Positions 12,790 through 22,068 of a stretch of DNA of 32,000 nucleotides are shown piece by piece (position 1 is the stretch's first letter; every line of letters begins with the position of its first letter). The translations under genes and the position numbers were made by a program. The notes beneath the pieces are model-generated. The model was not told the DNA's origin and searched no databases. It saw only the letters and a list, made by a program, of their open reading frames with translations. Location: positions 1 through 32,000 of the forward strand of contig DIRZ01000001.1 of NCBI GenBank assembly GCA_002421785.1. Direction: 5' to 3'. Origin of the DNA: Candidatus Saccharimonadota bacterium. Lineage in GTDB: Bacteria > Patescibacteriota > Saccharimonadia > Saccharimonadales > Saccharimonadaceae.

Positions 12790-15700
12790 CTAATCAGCAA
12801 CTACGAAACTCGCGTCGATAAAGTGCATAGTATCTAATGCGGTGTCAGTTTTTGGCAACGTATATACAATCGCATTGTTTCCAAAGAAGCCCTTGATGGT
12901 GTCGCCATCTTTCTTAAAAAGTTTGGCCTCTTTCATCATTTCGGCTTCGTTGCTACCGATATAAACAGGGTAATAGGTGCTGTTACCAATTTTCGCCGAC
13001 GATGTCGACTCAATCTTACCAGCCAGCTTTTCTGGTGTAGCGTTTTGGGTGAAGTAAAACAGCTTCGTGCTGCCATTCTCCTCTGCAACAACCTGCAAAC
13101 GAGCGGCCGTATTCAACTCAGCAAATACGCTAGGTGACAAGAAGTGGTATGAGTCAGCAAGTGTCCCAGTTGGCTTCAGTATACCGACCACTGTCACATT
13201 TTTTGCGCCAAAAAAGCTCGACAATACATCACCAACGTTCTTAAATAGCCCCTCTTCTTGCATCATTTTTGCTTCATCACTGCCAATAACCACGCCTCGA
13301 TTAGACATATCAGCGGAGCCACTACCTATGGCAAAATCGGCTGGCAATGTATTCACAGCGGCAAACAACTTTGGTGTACCGCCGTCAGCAAAAGCTACGG
13401 CATTATCTACACTAGCAAAGGTTTTGTTGATCAATTTGACACTCTCTTGAGAAACAAGGACGCCCCCCGCCATAGCTGTCTGCGATTCCATTTGAGAGCT
13501 AAGTTTAGCGAACGATACGAACAAACCGATAAATAACACGCCAATCGCGATAGGAGTTACCGTTGATACCCAGTTACGTTTTCCGGGGCGATAGCCGCGA
13601 AGCGTCAGCGAGTTTGTCACAACAGAGATTGAACTGAGCGCCATCGCAAGGCCAGCAAGTTCTGGCCGCAGTACCAACCCAGCAAACGCGAAGACGCGTG
13701 CTGCGATAGGTATACCGGCCACGTTATAAAACAAAGCAAAGAACATGTTTTGACGTATTTTACTGACAGTAGCTTTAGAAATGCGGATTGCTTCAACCAC
13801 ATCGCGCATATCGTTCTTAATGATAACGATACCGCCCGTTTCCATGGCAACATCTGTTCCACTGCCCATCGCAATACCCAGATCTGCCTGAGCGAGAGCT
13901 GGCGCGTCATTGATGCCGTCTCCAACCATGGCGACAACTTTACCCGAATCTTGGATGCGCTGAACATTCGAAGCCTTGTCTTCAGGTAACACTTCTGCAA
14001 GAACATTTGTAATGCCAACCTGAGCAGCAATCGCTCGGGCGGTTCGTTCATTGTCGCCAGTAATCATCCACGTTTCAATGCCACGTGCATGCAGTGCGTC
14101 AATTGCTTCTTTAGATGTAGCCTTTACGGTATCGGCGACGGCAATAACTCCAACGATTTCGGTTTCAGTCGATAAAATCATCGCGGTCTTACCACCAGCT
14201 TCTAGGCGCTCAATCTTCTTTTCGAGTCGCTCTAGTTGTATGCCGAGTTTTTCAACAATCAACCGACGGTTTCCAAAGTAATATACCCTGCCATCGACAC
14301 TCGCCTTAACGCCATGCCCTGGAATCGCTTCAAAGCCATTAATTTCTTGCAGCTTCACACCCTCTTCGTCGGCATAATGATAGATCGCCTCCGCAAGTGG
14401 GTGTTCGCTCTCACGCTCAATACTCGCTGCGATTTGCAGAACGTCATCTTCGTCATATGCTCCAAGGGCAACGATGTCGGTAACTTCAGGCTTGCCGTTG
14501 GTAAGCGTCCCTGTTTTATCAAATACGATTGCATTGACTTTACAGGCGATTTCTAATGGCTCGCCACCTTTAATAAGAATTCCGTGTTCAGCCGCTTTAC
14601 CAGTTCCTACCATCAGTGCGGTCGGTGTCGCGAGACCAAGCGCGCATGGGCAGGCGATCACGATAACGGCCGTAAAGGCCATTACAGAGAAGGCTAAGCC
14701 CGCTCCTAAGATAAAGAACCAGACGAGGAATGTAATGAACGCTATCCCAATAACCGCTGGTACGAACCATGAAGAAATTCTGTCGGCGAAAGCCTGAATA
14801 GGTGCTTTCGATCCTTGGGCGTTTTCGATAAGACGGATAATTTGAGACAGTGTCGTTTCGCTACCGACGCGCGTGGCGGTGAATTCAAAACTGCCCGTCT
14901 TATTGATAGTTGCTCCGACGACAGTAGCTCCGACGGTCTTTTCTACCGGCAAGCTTTCGCCGGTGATCATAGACTCGTCAAGCGCGGATGATCCTTTGCT
15001 TATCACACCGTCGACAGGAACCTTTTCACCAGGCCGAACTAAGATAGTATCGCCATTGGCGACCTGTTCGATCGGGATGTCTAATGTTTCGTCACCGCGT
15101 ATAACACGTGCTGTTTTCGCCTGGAGGCCCATCAGTTTTTTAATGGCATCTGAGGTTTTATTTTTTGCCCGTGCTTCAAGCCACTTACCTAAGATCACGA
15201 AGGTAATCAAGAAAGCAGCGGTCTCAAAGTAGAGTTCTGGAATTTTTAAACCATTCAGCCCAATTAACGACTGGTTTGAGATAGCAAATATCAGATAGTA
15301 CACGATGCTATACAGGAACGCCGTAGACGTACCAATAGCTATCAAGCTATCCATATTGAACGTTTTCATCTTCATACCCGACCACATGCCCTTATAGAAG
15401 CCTGCTCCGATAATGAATTGGACAGGAAGCGTGAGTATCAATGACACAATACCGAAGTACGGCGGAAGTATCTTACCGCCTGGCATGAATGGGAAAAAGT
15501 CGAGTAGCATAAAGTACAGCATAGGCAAGCTGAGTCCAAGGCTGACGAGGAACCTGTTACGCAAGCTAGTAATTGCTTTAGCTCGATTAGCTTTCTCATT
15601 CACTTCGGCTTCTTCATTATCAAGCGCCTCTGCGCGGTAACCAGCCCGCTTCACTGCCTTTAGCAGATCAGTCGTCTCCACGTTACCGTTCGTATTAACA

Positions 15701-16392
15701 AGCGCCTTCTCTGCAGAAAAGTTTACATTGGCCTTCTCGACACCCGGCACTTTTGAGAGTTGTTTTTCGATTAACCCAGCACACGAAGAACAATGCATGC
15801 CATAAATTGCAAGACGCGTCGTCGCAGCTTGTTTGCTAGATACCATCTCAGCATCATTGTTGCGTACAGGAGACGCGATGCTCTCAGTCTTGTTTTTGGG
15901 AACAAACACAGATGACAATGCCTGCACGATACTGGTTGCGGTCACTGCTTGGTTGGCAGATGCATAATCATTTATATTATGATCTTTTCCGTCAACAGTA
16001 ATCGACTTCGTGTCGCTCATTGTACCAGTAAAGGTCGGTCGGCCATTTGCATCGATACTTACGCTACCGTCGGCTACGGTCTGAAGCTCGACTCGAACGT
16101 GCTGCACCATACTAGGACTGTCAGTTTCTTTAGCATTTTTGGCTGTCTTGATAACGGCCTTTTCCTTGTCAGTCCCATCGACAAAGGTTGCATCGTATCC
16201 AGCAGATTTTACAGCAGTCAGTATCTCTTGTTCGCCTACTGCTTCCGTATCGAATGTGACCGTTCCACCTTTCTTGGGTTCGGATATTTCAAAGTCCTTA
16301 ATCCCTGGCAAGTCTTCAAACTCCGAGCCAATAAGTTTTTCGCAGGAGCTACAATGCATACCTGGAATTGATAGTTCGATTGTTTTGATCAT
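12790..16392 (-). CDS. copA: Copper-translocating P1B-type ATPase (CopA-like) with two N-terminal HMA domains and an unusual C-terminal extension
   Basis: The diagnostic motifs are GMHCSSC (twice), [16 protein letters not shown] (CPC), FDKTGTLT and [10 protein letters not shown]. After the normal end there is an extra TM helix and 231 further residues. Confidence 0.95.
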   Translation of the reverse strand: MIKTIELSIPGMHCSSCEKLIGSEFEDLPGIKDFEISEPKKGGTVTFDTEAVGEQEILTAVKSAGYDATFVDGTDKEKAVIKTAKNAKETDSPSMVQHVRVELQTVADGSVSIDANGRPTFTGTMSDTKSITVDGKDHNINDYASANQAVTATSIVQALSSVFVPKNKTESIASPVRNNDAEMVSSKQAATTRLAIYGMHCSSCAGLIEKQLSKVPGVEKANVNFSAEKALVNTNGNVETTDLLKAVKRAGYRAEALDNEEAEVNEKANRAKAITSLRNRFLVSLGLSLPMLYFMLLDFFPFMPGGKILPPYFGIVSLILTLPVQFIIGAGFYKGMWSGMKMKTFNMDSLIAIGTSTAFLYSIVYYLIFAISNQSLIGLNGLKIPELYFETAAFLITFVILGKWLEARAKNKTSDAIKKLMGLQAKTARVIRGDETLDIPIEQVANGDTILVRPGEKVPVDGVISKGSSALDESMITGESLPVEKTVGATVVGATINKTGSFEFTATRVGSETTLSQIIRLIENAQGSKAPIQAFADRISSWFVPAVIGIAFITFLVWFFILGAGLAFSVMAFTAVIVIACPCALGLATPTALMVGTGKAAEHGILIKGGEPLEIACKVNAIVFDKTGTLTNGKPEVTDIVALGAYDEDDVLQIAASIERESEHPLAEAIYHYADEEGVKLQEINGFEAIPGHGVKASVDGRVYYFGNRRLIVEKLGIQLERLEKKIERLEAGGKTAMILSTETEIVGVIAVADTVKATSKEAIDALHARGIETWMITGDNERTARAIAAQVGITNVLAEVLPEDKASNVQRIQDSGKVVAMVGDGINDAPALAQADLGIAMGSGTDVAMETGGIVIIKNDMRDVVEAIRISKATVSKIRQNMFFALFYNVAGIPIAARVFAFAGLVLRPELAGLAMALSSISVVTNSLTLRGYRPGKRNWVSTVTPIAIGVLFIGLFVSFAKLSSQMESQTAMAGGVLVSQESVKLINKTFASVDNAVAFADGGTPKLFAAVNTLPADFAIGSGSADMSNRGVVIGSDEAKMMQEEGLFKNVGDVLSSFFGAKNVTVVGILKPTGTLADSYHFLSPSVFAELNTAARLQVVAEENGSTKLFYFTQNATPEKLAGKIESTSSAKIGNSTYYPVYIGSNEAEMMKEAKLFKKDGDTIKGFFGNNAIVYTLPKTDTALDTMHFIDASFVVAD
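12793..13485 (-). other. C-terminal extension of CopA (residues 970-1200) with two tandem ~60-aa repeats (13114..13296 and 12793..12969)
   Basis: The two repeats are [58 protein letters not shown] and [56 protein letters not shown]. The pattern is reminiscent of FtsX/MacB/LolCE extracytoplasmic domains. Confidence 0.55.
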
Positions 16393-16601
16393 CGTTTTTC
16401 CTCGGCGCGGTAATCACTGTCTGCAAGTACCGCATTAATCTCGTTAGTGGTGATTGGCCGTGCGGCATGTACAAGCGCTATCTTTGTTTCAAGATCGACA
16501 GAGGCGTCAAGTACGCCTTCAATCTTTTTGATACGTTTAGCAGATAATTTCGTACAAGCCTCACAATGCATGCCGTTTATAGTAAATGTCTGGTCGCTCA
16601 T
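16389..16601 (-). CDS. copZ: CopZ-like copper chaperone (single HMA domain)
   Basis: It contains GMHCEAC in a 70-aa ferredoxin-like HMA domain. GGAGGA lies upstream. Its stop overlaps the copA start (ATGA). Confidence 0.9.
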   Translation of the reverse strand: MSDQTFTINGMHCEACTKLSAKRIKKIEGVLDASVDLETKIALVHAARPITTNEINAVLADSDYRAEEKR

Positions 16602-16614
16602 AGTTCCTCCTTCA

Positions 16615-18057
16615 TTATGTCGTTACCGTTATAGACCCACGTGGAATACCCATAGCACAGGCAATGGTGTACGTGCCGGGCTTGGTAGCGGTAAATGTTA
16701 GCTCTAACTTTTTACCCTTACGCAAGTACTGCGGTGTGTCATCAAGTCCAATGATCATGATCGTACTCATACACCCCGAACCATTATCTTGAACGTCAAC
16801 AACGAGCGTCGTCTTTTGTCCAACTTTTGCGGTAAATGTGCTTGGCACAATATCGGACTTCAATTTATATGTGGTGTTAAGGATGACCGATCCTTCTGAT
16901 GAAGCGGCCTTTTTAGACGTCGACGCAGATGTGGTTTTTGGTATCAGATCGTCCAAAGACAGTTTGATACCAGCAAGGTTGAAGCCGTTCGAGAAATTAA
17001 GCAAGGCCATCGCTATGACAACGACACCGACTATTCGGAAGAACCGTTGCGCAAACGCACCCTTGACTACCGAAGTGAGGCCGCCCAGGCTTAAAAGTCC
17101 AGGTGCAGTACCGATTGCAAATGCACCCATAATTATCGCAGCCTCAATCGGGTTACCGGTGCTTACAGCAAGAAGCTGCATCGCTTGCGTGAAACCGCAC
17201 GGTAAAAAGAATGTTGCCGCGCCCATCATGAACGCATTTTTATGACTGTATTCTCGCTCCTTACGCGAGGAGATGCCAAGTCTTTTTGCAATGCCACTTG
17301 GTAGCGTTAGGCCCTTAGTAATCCGCGGGAACAGCTCCGTTAACTGCAACCCGAGCACGAGCATGACGGCCCCAACCGCAATCGTTAGAAAACCAAGCAA
17401 CGTCCCCTTGAGGGCAAACGCCGACCCAATCGCTCCTATGACTGCCCCTAGCACGATAAACGATAGTATTCGTCCAAGGTTAAAGAATAGGTGCGGTTTA
17501 AATTTTTCAAATGGCGTTTGTGTTGGATGGTTTTCTGCGTACTTTGACGCGACACTGAGTACTAATCCGCCGATTAGCGCCATGCACGTTGAGAATCCAG
17601 CGGTCAAACCAATAATCAGCGCCATGGCTCCATTACTACCACCGCCACTCGTGGCTGAAGAGAGTATTTTATCCAGTCCTAAGACCTGAAATAGAAAGAC
17701 CAGCCCAGTAACGACAAAGAGGCCTATAAGGAAGTCTTTCCATATACGCTCGTTTCGGGTGAGCAGTGGCTTCTTTCCATCTTCCTCCCCGACTTCATAC
17801 CCCGCAGCCTCGACTGCATTTACGATTTGATCGTAATCGATCTTACTATTACTGGCAATCGTCGCAGAGTTAGTCTTCAGGCTTGCAGTTGCAGAGGTTA
17901 CGCCGGGGATTGATTCTAATTCGCTCGCAATTAACAGTTCACAAGAGGCACAGTGCATGCCTTTTATAGGGACTGTCCGTTCTTGAGCACGAGCTGTTTC
18001 ATTATCGTTTGGGTGTTGCATGTTTCGGTCCTTTCGGGATTTCTTATTTTTTGTCAT
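16615..18057 (-). CDS. HMA domain / 7-TM DsbD_2 (TauE-SafE-like) membrane domain / C-terminal cupredoxin-like domain protein
   Basis: The HMA domain contains IKGMHCASC. The membrane core carries the FSTCMA and FFLPCGFTQAMQ motifs. The C-terminus (TFTAKVGQKTTLVV...GTYTIACAMGIPRGSITV) resembles Cupredoxin_1. The listed ORF starts at TTG 18075; I prefer ATG 18057, with ATG 18021 as an alternative. Confidence 0.8.
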   Translation of the reverse strand: MTKNKKSRKDRNMQHPNDNETARAQERTVPIKGMHCASCELLIASELESIPGVTSATASLKTNSATIASNSKIDYDQIVNAVEAAGYEVGEEDGKKPLLTRNERIWKDFLIGLFVVTGLVFLFQVLGLDKILSSATSGGGSNGAMALIIGLTAGFSTCMALIGGLVLSVASKYAENHPTQTPFEKFKPHLFFNLGRILSFIVLGAVIGAIGSAFALKGTLLGFLTIAVGAVMLVLGLQLTELFPRITKGLTLPSGIAKRLGISSRKEREYSHKNAFMMGAATFFLPCGFTQAMQLLAVSTGNPIEAAIIMGAFAIGTAPGLLSLGGLTSVVKGAFAQRFFRIVGVVVIAMALLNFSNGFNLAGIKLSLDDLIPKTTSASTSKKAASSEGSVILNTTYKLKSDIVPSTFTAKVGQKTTLVVDVQDNGSGCMSTIMIIGLDDTPQYLRKGKKLELTFTATKPGTYTIACAMGIPRGSITVTT

Positions 18058-18211
18058 GGCTTGCTCCCATTCCAACCATCATTAACACCATCATGATGAT
18101 GCAAAAAAGCGGGGCTAGTACGAATAGGTACTTTGTATCGGTAAAGTAGGTGATGGCAAGCATCGCGACTACGCCGATAATCATCCATAGCATGTGCTTC
18201 TTGTGGTTCAT
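18044..18211 (-). CDS. Small two-TM protein, DUF2933-like (55 aa; below the ORF-track cutoff)
   Basis: Manual translation gives MNHKKHMLWMIIGVVAMLAITYFTDTKYLFVLAPLFCIIMMVLMMVGMGASHDKK. It starts 3 nt after the YHS gene stop and overlaps the next gene by 14 nt. The His-rich ends and Met-rich helix resemble DUF2933 proteins of metal-resistance operons. Confidence 0.6.
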   Translation of the reverse strand: MNHKKHMLWMIIGVVAMLAITYFTDTKYLFVLAPLFCIIMMVLMMVGMGASHDKK

Positions 18212-18214
18212 GGT

Positions 18215-18415
18215 CTATGCCTCATCCCAAACATAGCGCTCAGGATAGTCATCAAAGTGCTTTTGACATGGACTTGAGCAAAAATAGTACGTGCTCCCGC
18301 GATATTCACTCCGGTGCTTGCACTTTTCCTCGATTATATCCATCCCGCACACCACGTCGACGTTGGCGTGTTTACTAGTCGTATCAAAGACAGTGTCGTC
18401 TTGTAAAAATTCCAT
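18215..18415 (-). CDS. YHS (TRASH-type) domain protein
   Basis: It contains VVCGMDIIEEKCKHRSEYRGSTYYFCSSPCQKHFDDYPERY. AAGGAG lies upstream. Confidence 0.85.
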   Translation of the reverse strand: MEFLQDDTVFDTTSKHANVDVVCGMDIIEEKCKHRSEYRGSTYYFCSSPCQKHFDDYPERYVWDEA

Positions 18416-18460
18416 ATTAAACTCCTTTGTTCTATTAGATAACTAACAAAGAAGGATGGC

Positions 18461-18823
18461 TTAAATTCTGAGATTGACCGTCAGTATGACTATATCTGGC
18501 GGGACGAAAGACGATGACTCTATAAGATTAACCTTGGGCTTTTCGGGGTCAACTGGCGTTTTTAGGAAGGCCACAAAATACGGGGCCTCTGGTGGAGTCG
18601 GTTCATCCTTGTCTTCGTTTTCAAGTTGCTTAGTGTCCTTATTGATCGGAGCCGTAGGAGTTTGGTGGCGTTCTAAGCAGTTAGCGATATCTACCTTTGC
18701 ATGTCCCATGTCATCCATGGTCTGCGTGGCCGAAACAGTAGTTGCTGAAAAGGTGGGCGCCAAAAGGCTAGCGACAACTGCGCTCGAGAGGAGGATTCGT
18801 TTAATTATCAGTGATATATTCAT
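18461..18823 (-). CDS. Small secreted protein, paralogue of 8430..8798 and first gene of the minus-strand copper operon
   Basis: It has a signal peptide (ILLSSAVVASLLAPTFSA). The shared motifs are described at 8430..8798. AGGAA lies 10 nt upstream of the ATG. Confidence 0.7.
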   Translation of the reverse strand: MNISLIIKRILLSSAVVASLLAPTFSATTVSATQTMDDMGHAKVDIANCLERHQTPTAPINKDTKQLENEDKDEPTPPEAPYFVAFLKTPVDPEKPKVNLIESSSFVPPDIVILTVNLRI

Positions 18824-18911
18824 GAATCTATGTTCCTGCAGATAATATACAGCATAGAGAAGATATATTCAATAGTACGCATGTATTAATTTATTATGCT
18901 ATACTATTTAC
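18824..18911. promoter_or_regulatory. AT-rich divergent promoter region, including the extended -10 TGcTATACT (18897-18905) 6 nt upstream of ATG 18912
   Basis: This 88-nt spacer lies between the divergent copper operons. The plus-strand gene lacks an SD and is a leaderless candidate. The minus strand has TATATT upstream of the 120-aa gene. I found no convincing operator palindrome. Confidence 0.45.
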
Positions 18912-19385
18912 ATGAGCTCAGAACTGTTATCAATAGAGGAAGAAGTCTTCAAAGTACTCGCCAACCAAAAGCGGCTTGAGATTATATTGCTGCTCGAAAA
19001 CCGCGAGCTGAACGTCACTCAGATGGCGCAGATGCTCGGCTTGCGCCAGTCTAACCTTTCCCAACACCTTACCCTGCTGCGACAGCAAAAACTTGTTTCG
19101 GTGCGCAAAAATGGCCGTGAATCATATTATAAGCTCACCGACCAATCAATCGCAAAGGCTATCCGGACGATTCATGAAGTATTGCGCACCCAACACAGGA
19201 TAATGCTGCCACTCGATAGTAAGTCACTATTCCCGATTGTCACAGACCCAGTTTGCGGCATGCGCTTCAGTGCATCGCGGTCGATAGAGCATTTAACTGA
19301 CAGTGAGGGCGTGACTCATTATTTTTGCGCATCAGGCTGCAAACAGATGTATGAAATGACTAACCTCTCACCAGTGAATACATAG
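18912..19385 (+). CDS. ArsR/SmtB-family metalloregulator fused to a C-terminal YHS/TRASH domain
   Basis: The winged helix-turn-helix is LANQKRLEIILLL...NVTQMAQMLGLRQSNLSQHLTLLRQQKLV. The C-terminal domain is DPVCGMRFSA...THYFCASGCKQMYE. Confidence 0.9.
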   Translation: MSSELLSIEEEVFKVLANQKRLEIILLLENRELNVTQMAQMLGLRQSNLSQHLTLLRQQKLVSVRKNGRESYYKLTDQSIAKAIRTIHEVLRTQHRIMLPLDSKSLFPIVTDPVCGMRFSASRSIEHLTDSEGVTHYFCASGCKQMYEMTNLSPVNT

Positions 19386-19395
19386 GGAATAAATA

Positions 19396-21396
19396 ATGCA
19401 CCAGCACGACCATACTCAATACGGCGAACATACAAATCATAACAAGCACCAAGGGCATAGCCCCGGTCTTTTCAGGCGCAAGTTTTGGGTTGCGCTTACG
19501 TTGACAATCCCGACATTACTTTTTTCACCTGCAGTCCAGCAATGGATCAACATCAACTGGTCATTTAACGGCAGCGATTATATACCCGCAGTTCTCGGAA
19601 CAGCTATATTTATATACGGTGGGATTATTTTTCTAAAAGGTGCCTGGACTGAGCTAGCAATAAAACGTCCGGGCATGATGACTCTTATCTCCATGGCGAT
19701 AAGCGTGGCATTTGCCTATAGTGTGGCAGTGACATTCCGGCTGGTTGATGGAATGGATTTCTGGTGGGAGCTGGCGACATTGGTCACCATTATGCTCCTT
19801 GGGCACTGGTTAGAAATGGCCTCTGTTCAAAATGCACAAGGCGCTCTTGGGGAACTCGCCAAGCTTTTGCCTGATGAGGCTGAGGTGATTCATGGCGATG
19901 AAATTATGAAGATGCCAGTAGGCGAATTGGCTATCGGCAATCTCGTACTAGTCAGGCCCGGCTCGCAAGTTCCGGTTGATGGAGAAATTATTAAAGGTAA
20001 ATCTGATATTAATGAATCCATGCTCACCGGTGAATCAAACCCAGTCACAAAAAACATTGGCGCAGCGGTGATTGGCGGGACTATAAACGGTAGCGGCGCA
20101 CTGACGGTTAAGGTATTGAAAATAGGTTCAGATACGACACTTGCTGGAATTATGAAGCTAGTCACCGATGCGCAGGCTAGCAAATCAAGCACGCAAATCC
20201 TTGCCGATAAAGCAGCTGGCTACCTAACCTATCTTGCACTAGCTGCGGCGCTCACCACCTGGCTCGTGTGGTGGGCTGTTGGGGCAGAACCGGCATACAT
20301 ATTAGAGCGCGTCGTCACCGTGCTTGTCGTAGCTTGCCCTCATGCACTTGGCCTCGCGGTTCCGCTCGTTACTGCCATATCTACCACGCTTGCAGCAAAA
20401 AACGGCCTATTGGTTCGACAGCGCATGGCGCTCGAATCAGCTCGTAACATCGACGTAGTATTATTTGACAAGACAGGTACGCTTACCCAGGGAAAGCAGG
20501 GCGTTGCAGATGTGTTCGCTACTGATACTGCTCGAGTCCTAAGTATCGCTGCCGCACTTGAGCACGACTCTGAACATCCCATTGCCCGAGCTATCGTTGA
20601 GTATGTATCGAATCAAAGTCTGCCAAGCATTCCGGTTACAGATTTTTCCGCACTATCTGGCCGTGGTGTCCGCGGCAAAATCAATGATACATTTGTGTAT
20701 GCGGGAGGACCTCGGATACTAGAAGAGTTAAGTGCGATAGTTCCCACTGACATACAGTCGGCCGCTGACGTCGCCTCTGCTGATGGCAAAACTGTCATTT
20801 ATATTATCGAGGACACGAAAGCAATCGGAGCAATCATGCTGACAGACATTATCCGGGACGAATCCCGAGAAGCAGTTGCAACGCTACAATCGATGAACAA
20901 ACGCGTCGCGATGTTGACCGGTGATAACGAAGGCGTAGCAAAATGGGTAGCAAATGAATTAGGAATTACAGAATATTTTGCCAATGTCCTACCTGAGAAT
21001 AAAGCAGCTACAGTCAAACAACTCCAGCAAGATGGAAGCACGGTCGCAATGGTAGGAGATGGCGTCAATGACGCGCCCGCGCTGGTACAGGCAGACGTTG
21101 GCATAGCAATTGGGGCCGGTACGGATGTTGCCATTGAGTCCGCTGGAATTGTGCTGATGAGTAGTGATCCTCGCGGTGTTGCAAAAACGGTCAAACTGTC
21201 TAGATCTACGTATCGAAAAATGCTCCAGAACCTCGCATGGGCAACTGGCTACAATGTTGTCGCCATACCCCTAGCGGCAGGCGTTGCCTCTGGGCTCGGC
21301 GTTATATTATCGCCTGCCGTCGGAGCAATCCTTATGTCGCTATCGACCATTATCGTCGCTGTCAACGCCCAGCTGTTACGTAGTAGGCGGCTGTAA
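19396..21396 (+). CDS. copB: CopB-type (P1B-3-like) copper ATPase with a His-rich N-terminus and CPH motif
   Basis: The N-terminus is MHQHDHTQYGEHTNHNKHQGH. The diagnostic motifs are LTGES, VVACPHALGLAVP (CPH), FDKTGTLT and GDGVNDAPAL. There is no HMA domain. Confidence 0.9.
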   Translation: MHQHDHTQYGEHTNHNKHQGHSPGLFRRKFWVALTLTIPTLLFSPAVQQWININWSFNGSDYIPAVLGTAIFIYGGIIFLKGAWTELAIKRPGMMTLISMAISVAFAYSVAVTFRLVDGMDFWWELATLVTIMLLGHWLEMASVQNAQGALGELAKLLPDEAEVIHGDEIMKMPVGELAIGNLVLVRPGSQVPVDGEIIKGKSDINESMLTGESNPVTKNIGAAVIGGTINGSGALTVKVLKIGSDTTLAGIMKLVTDAQASKSSTQILADKAAGYLTYLALAAALTTWLVWWAVGAEPAYILERVVTVLVVACPHALGLAVPLVTAISTTLAAKNGLLVRQRMALESARNIDVVLFDKTGTLTQGKQGVADVFATDTARVLSIAAALEHDSEHPIARAIVEYVSNQSLPSIPVTDFSALSGRGVRGKINDTFVYAGGPRILEELSAIVPTDIQSAADVASADGKTVIYIIEDTKAIGAIMLTDIIRDESREAVATLQSMNKRVAMLTGDNEGVAKWVANELGITEYFANVLPENKAATVKQLQQDGSTVAMVGDGVNDAPALVQADVGIAIGAGTDVAIESAGIVLMSSDPRGVAKTVKLSRSTYRKMLQNLAWATGYNVVAIPLAAGVASGLGVILSPAVGAILMSLSTIIVAVNAQLLRSRRL

Positions 21397-21437
21397 TAAA
21401 TAAGCCGCCAAAAATAATCCAGGAAAGAACGTGAATC

Positions 21438-22067
21438 ATGAAAAAAATATTCATCACCATAGCCATCACAGTAAGTCTAATGATACTAACTGGTATTGCC
21501 ATATCGTCCAGCAATACTCGGAATTCAAGCAACTCTGTAGCCGAACCGGTTACGAATAGTGGCACTACGAACAGTATGTATGCAAACATATCGGGTGATG
21601 AATTCGACAAAGCATATTTATCTGACATGATCGCACATCATCAGGGCGCCCTAAACATGGCAAGCTACGCACGCACAGAAACAACCAGCGGCCGCATCAA
21701 AGCACTTTGCGAAAGTATTTTGGCATCCCAAACCACCGAAGTCCAACAAATGCTCGCATGGCAAAAAGAGTGGGGGTATATTGATGGCTCAGACCCTCAT
21801 GCTGGCCATGCAATGGAAGCGGGTGGTGGCATGAGCGCTGACATGGCGAGTATGGAAGCGCGACTCTACGACACGACAGGGACTGCGTTTGACGAGGAGT
21901 TTTTGAGCGTGATGATACTCCATCACCAACAAGCAGTTGAAATGTCTCGCTACGCCGCAACCAATGCAAAACACCAAGAGCTGAAAAACCTGGCTCAGGA
22001 TGTTATTCGTGAGCAGAATAAAGAAATTGCCGATATGCAACAATGGCAAAAGGAGGCGGGCAACTAA
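21438..22067 (+). CDS. DUF305 family protein
   Basis: The motifs are IAHHQGALNMA and ILHHQQAVEMS, with WQKEWGY. It has an N-terminal anchor or signal sequence. Confidence 0.85.
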   Translation: MKKIFITIAITVSLMILTGIAISSSNTRNSSNSVAEPVTNSGTTNSMYANISGDEFDKAYLSDMIAHHQGALNMASYARTETTSGRIKALCESILASQTTEVQQMLAWQKEWGYIDGSDPHAGHAMEAGGGMSADMASMEARLYDTTGTAFDEEFLSVMILHHQQAVEMSRYAATNAKHQELKNLAQDVIREQNKEIADMQQWQKEAGN

Positions 22068-22068
22068 T

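Noticed and set aside
13067-17689. Numerous plus-strand ORFs (76-140 aa) inside copA, copZ and the HMA-membrane gene
   Set aside because: They are antisense to genes with unmistakable conserved motifs, so they are chance ORFs.
18824-18911. ArsR-type 12-2-12 operator palindrome in the divergent spacer
   Set aside because: Only short 6-bp inverted repeats in AT-rich sequence were found (AATATA/TATATT, AGCATA/TATGCT). That is not distinguishable from chance by eye.
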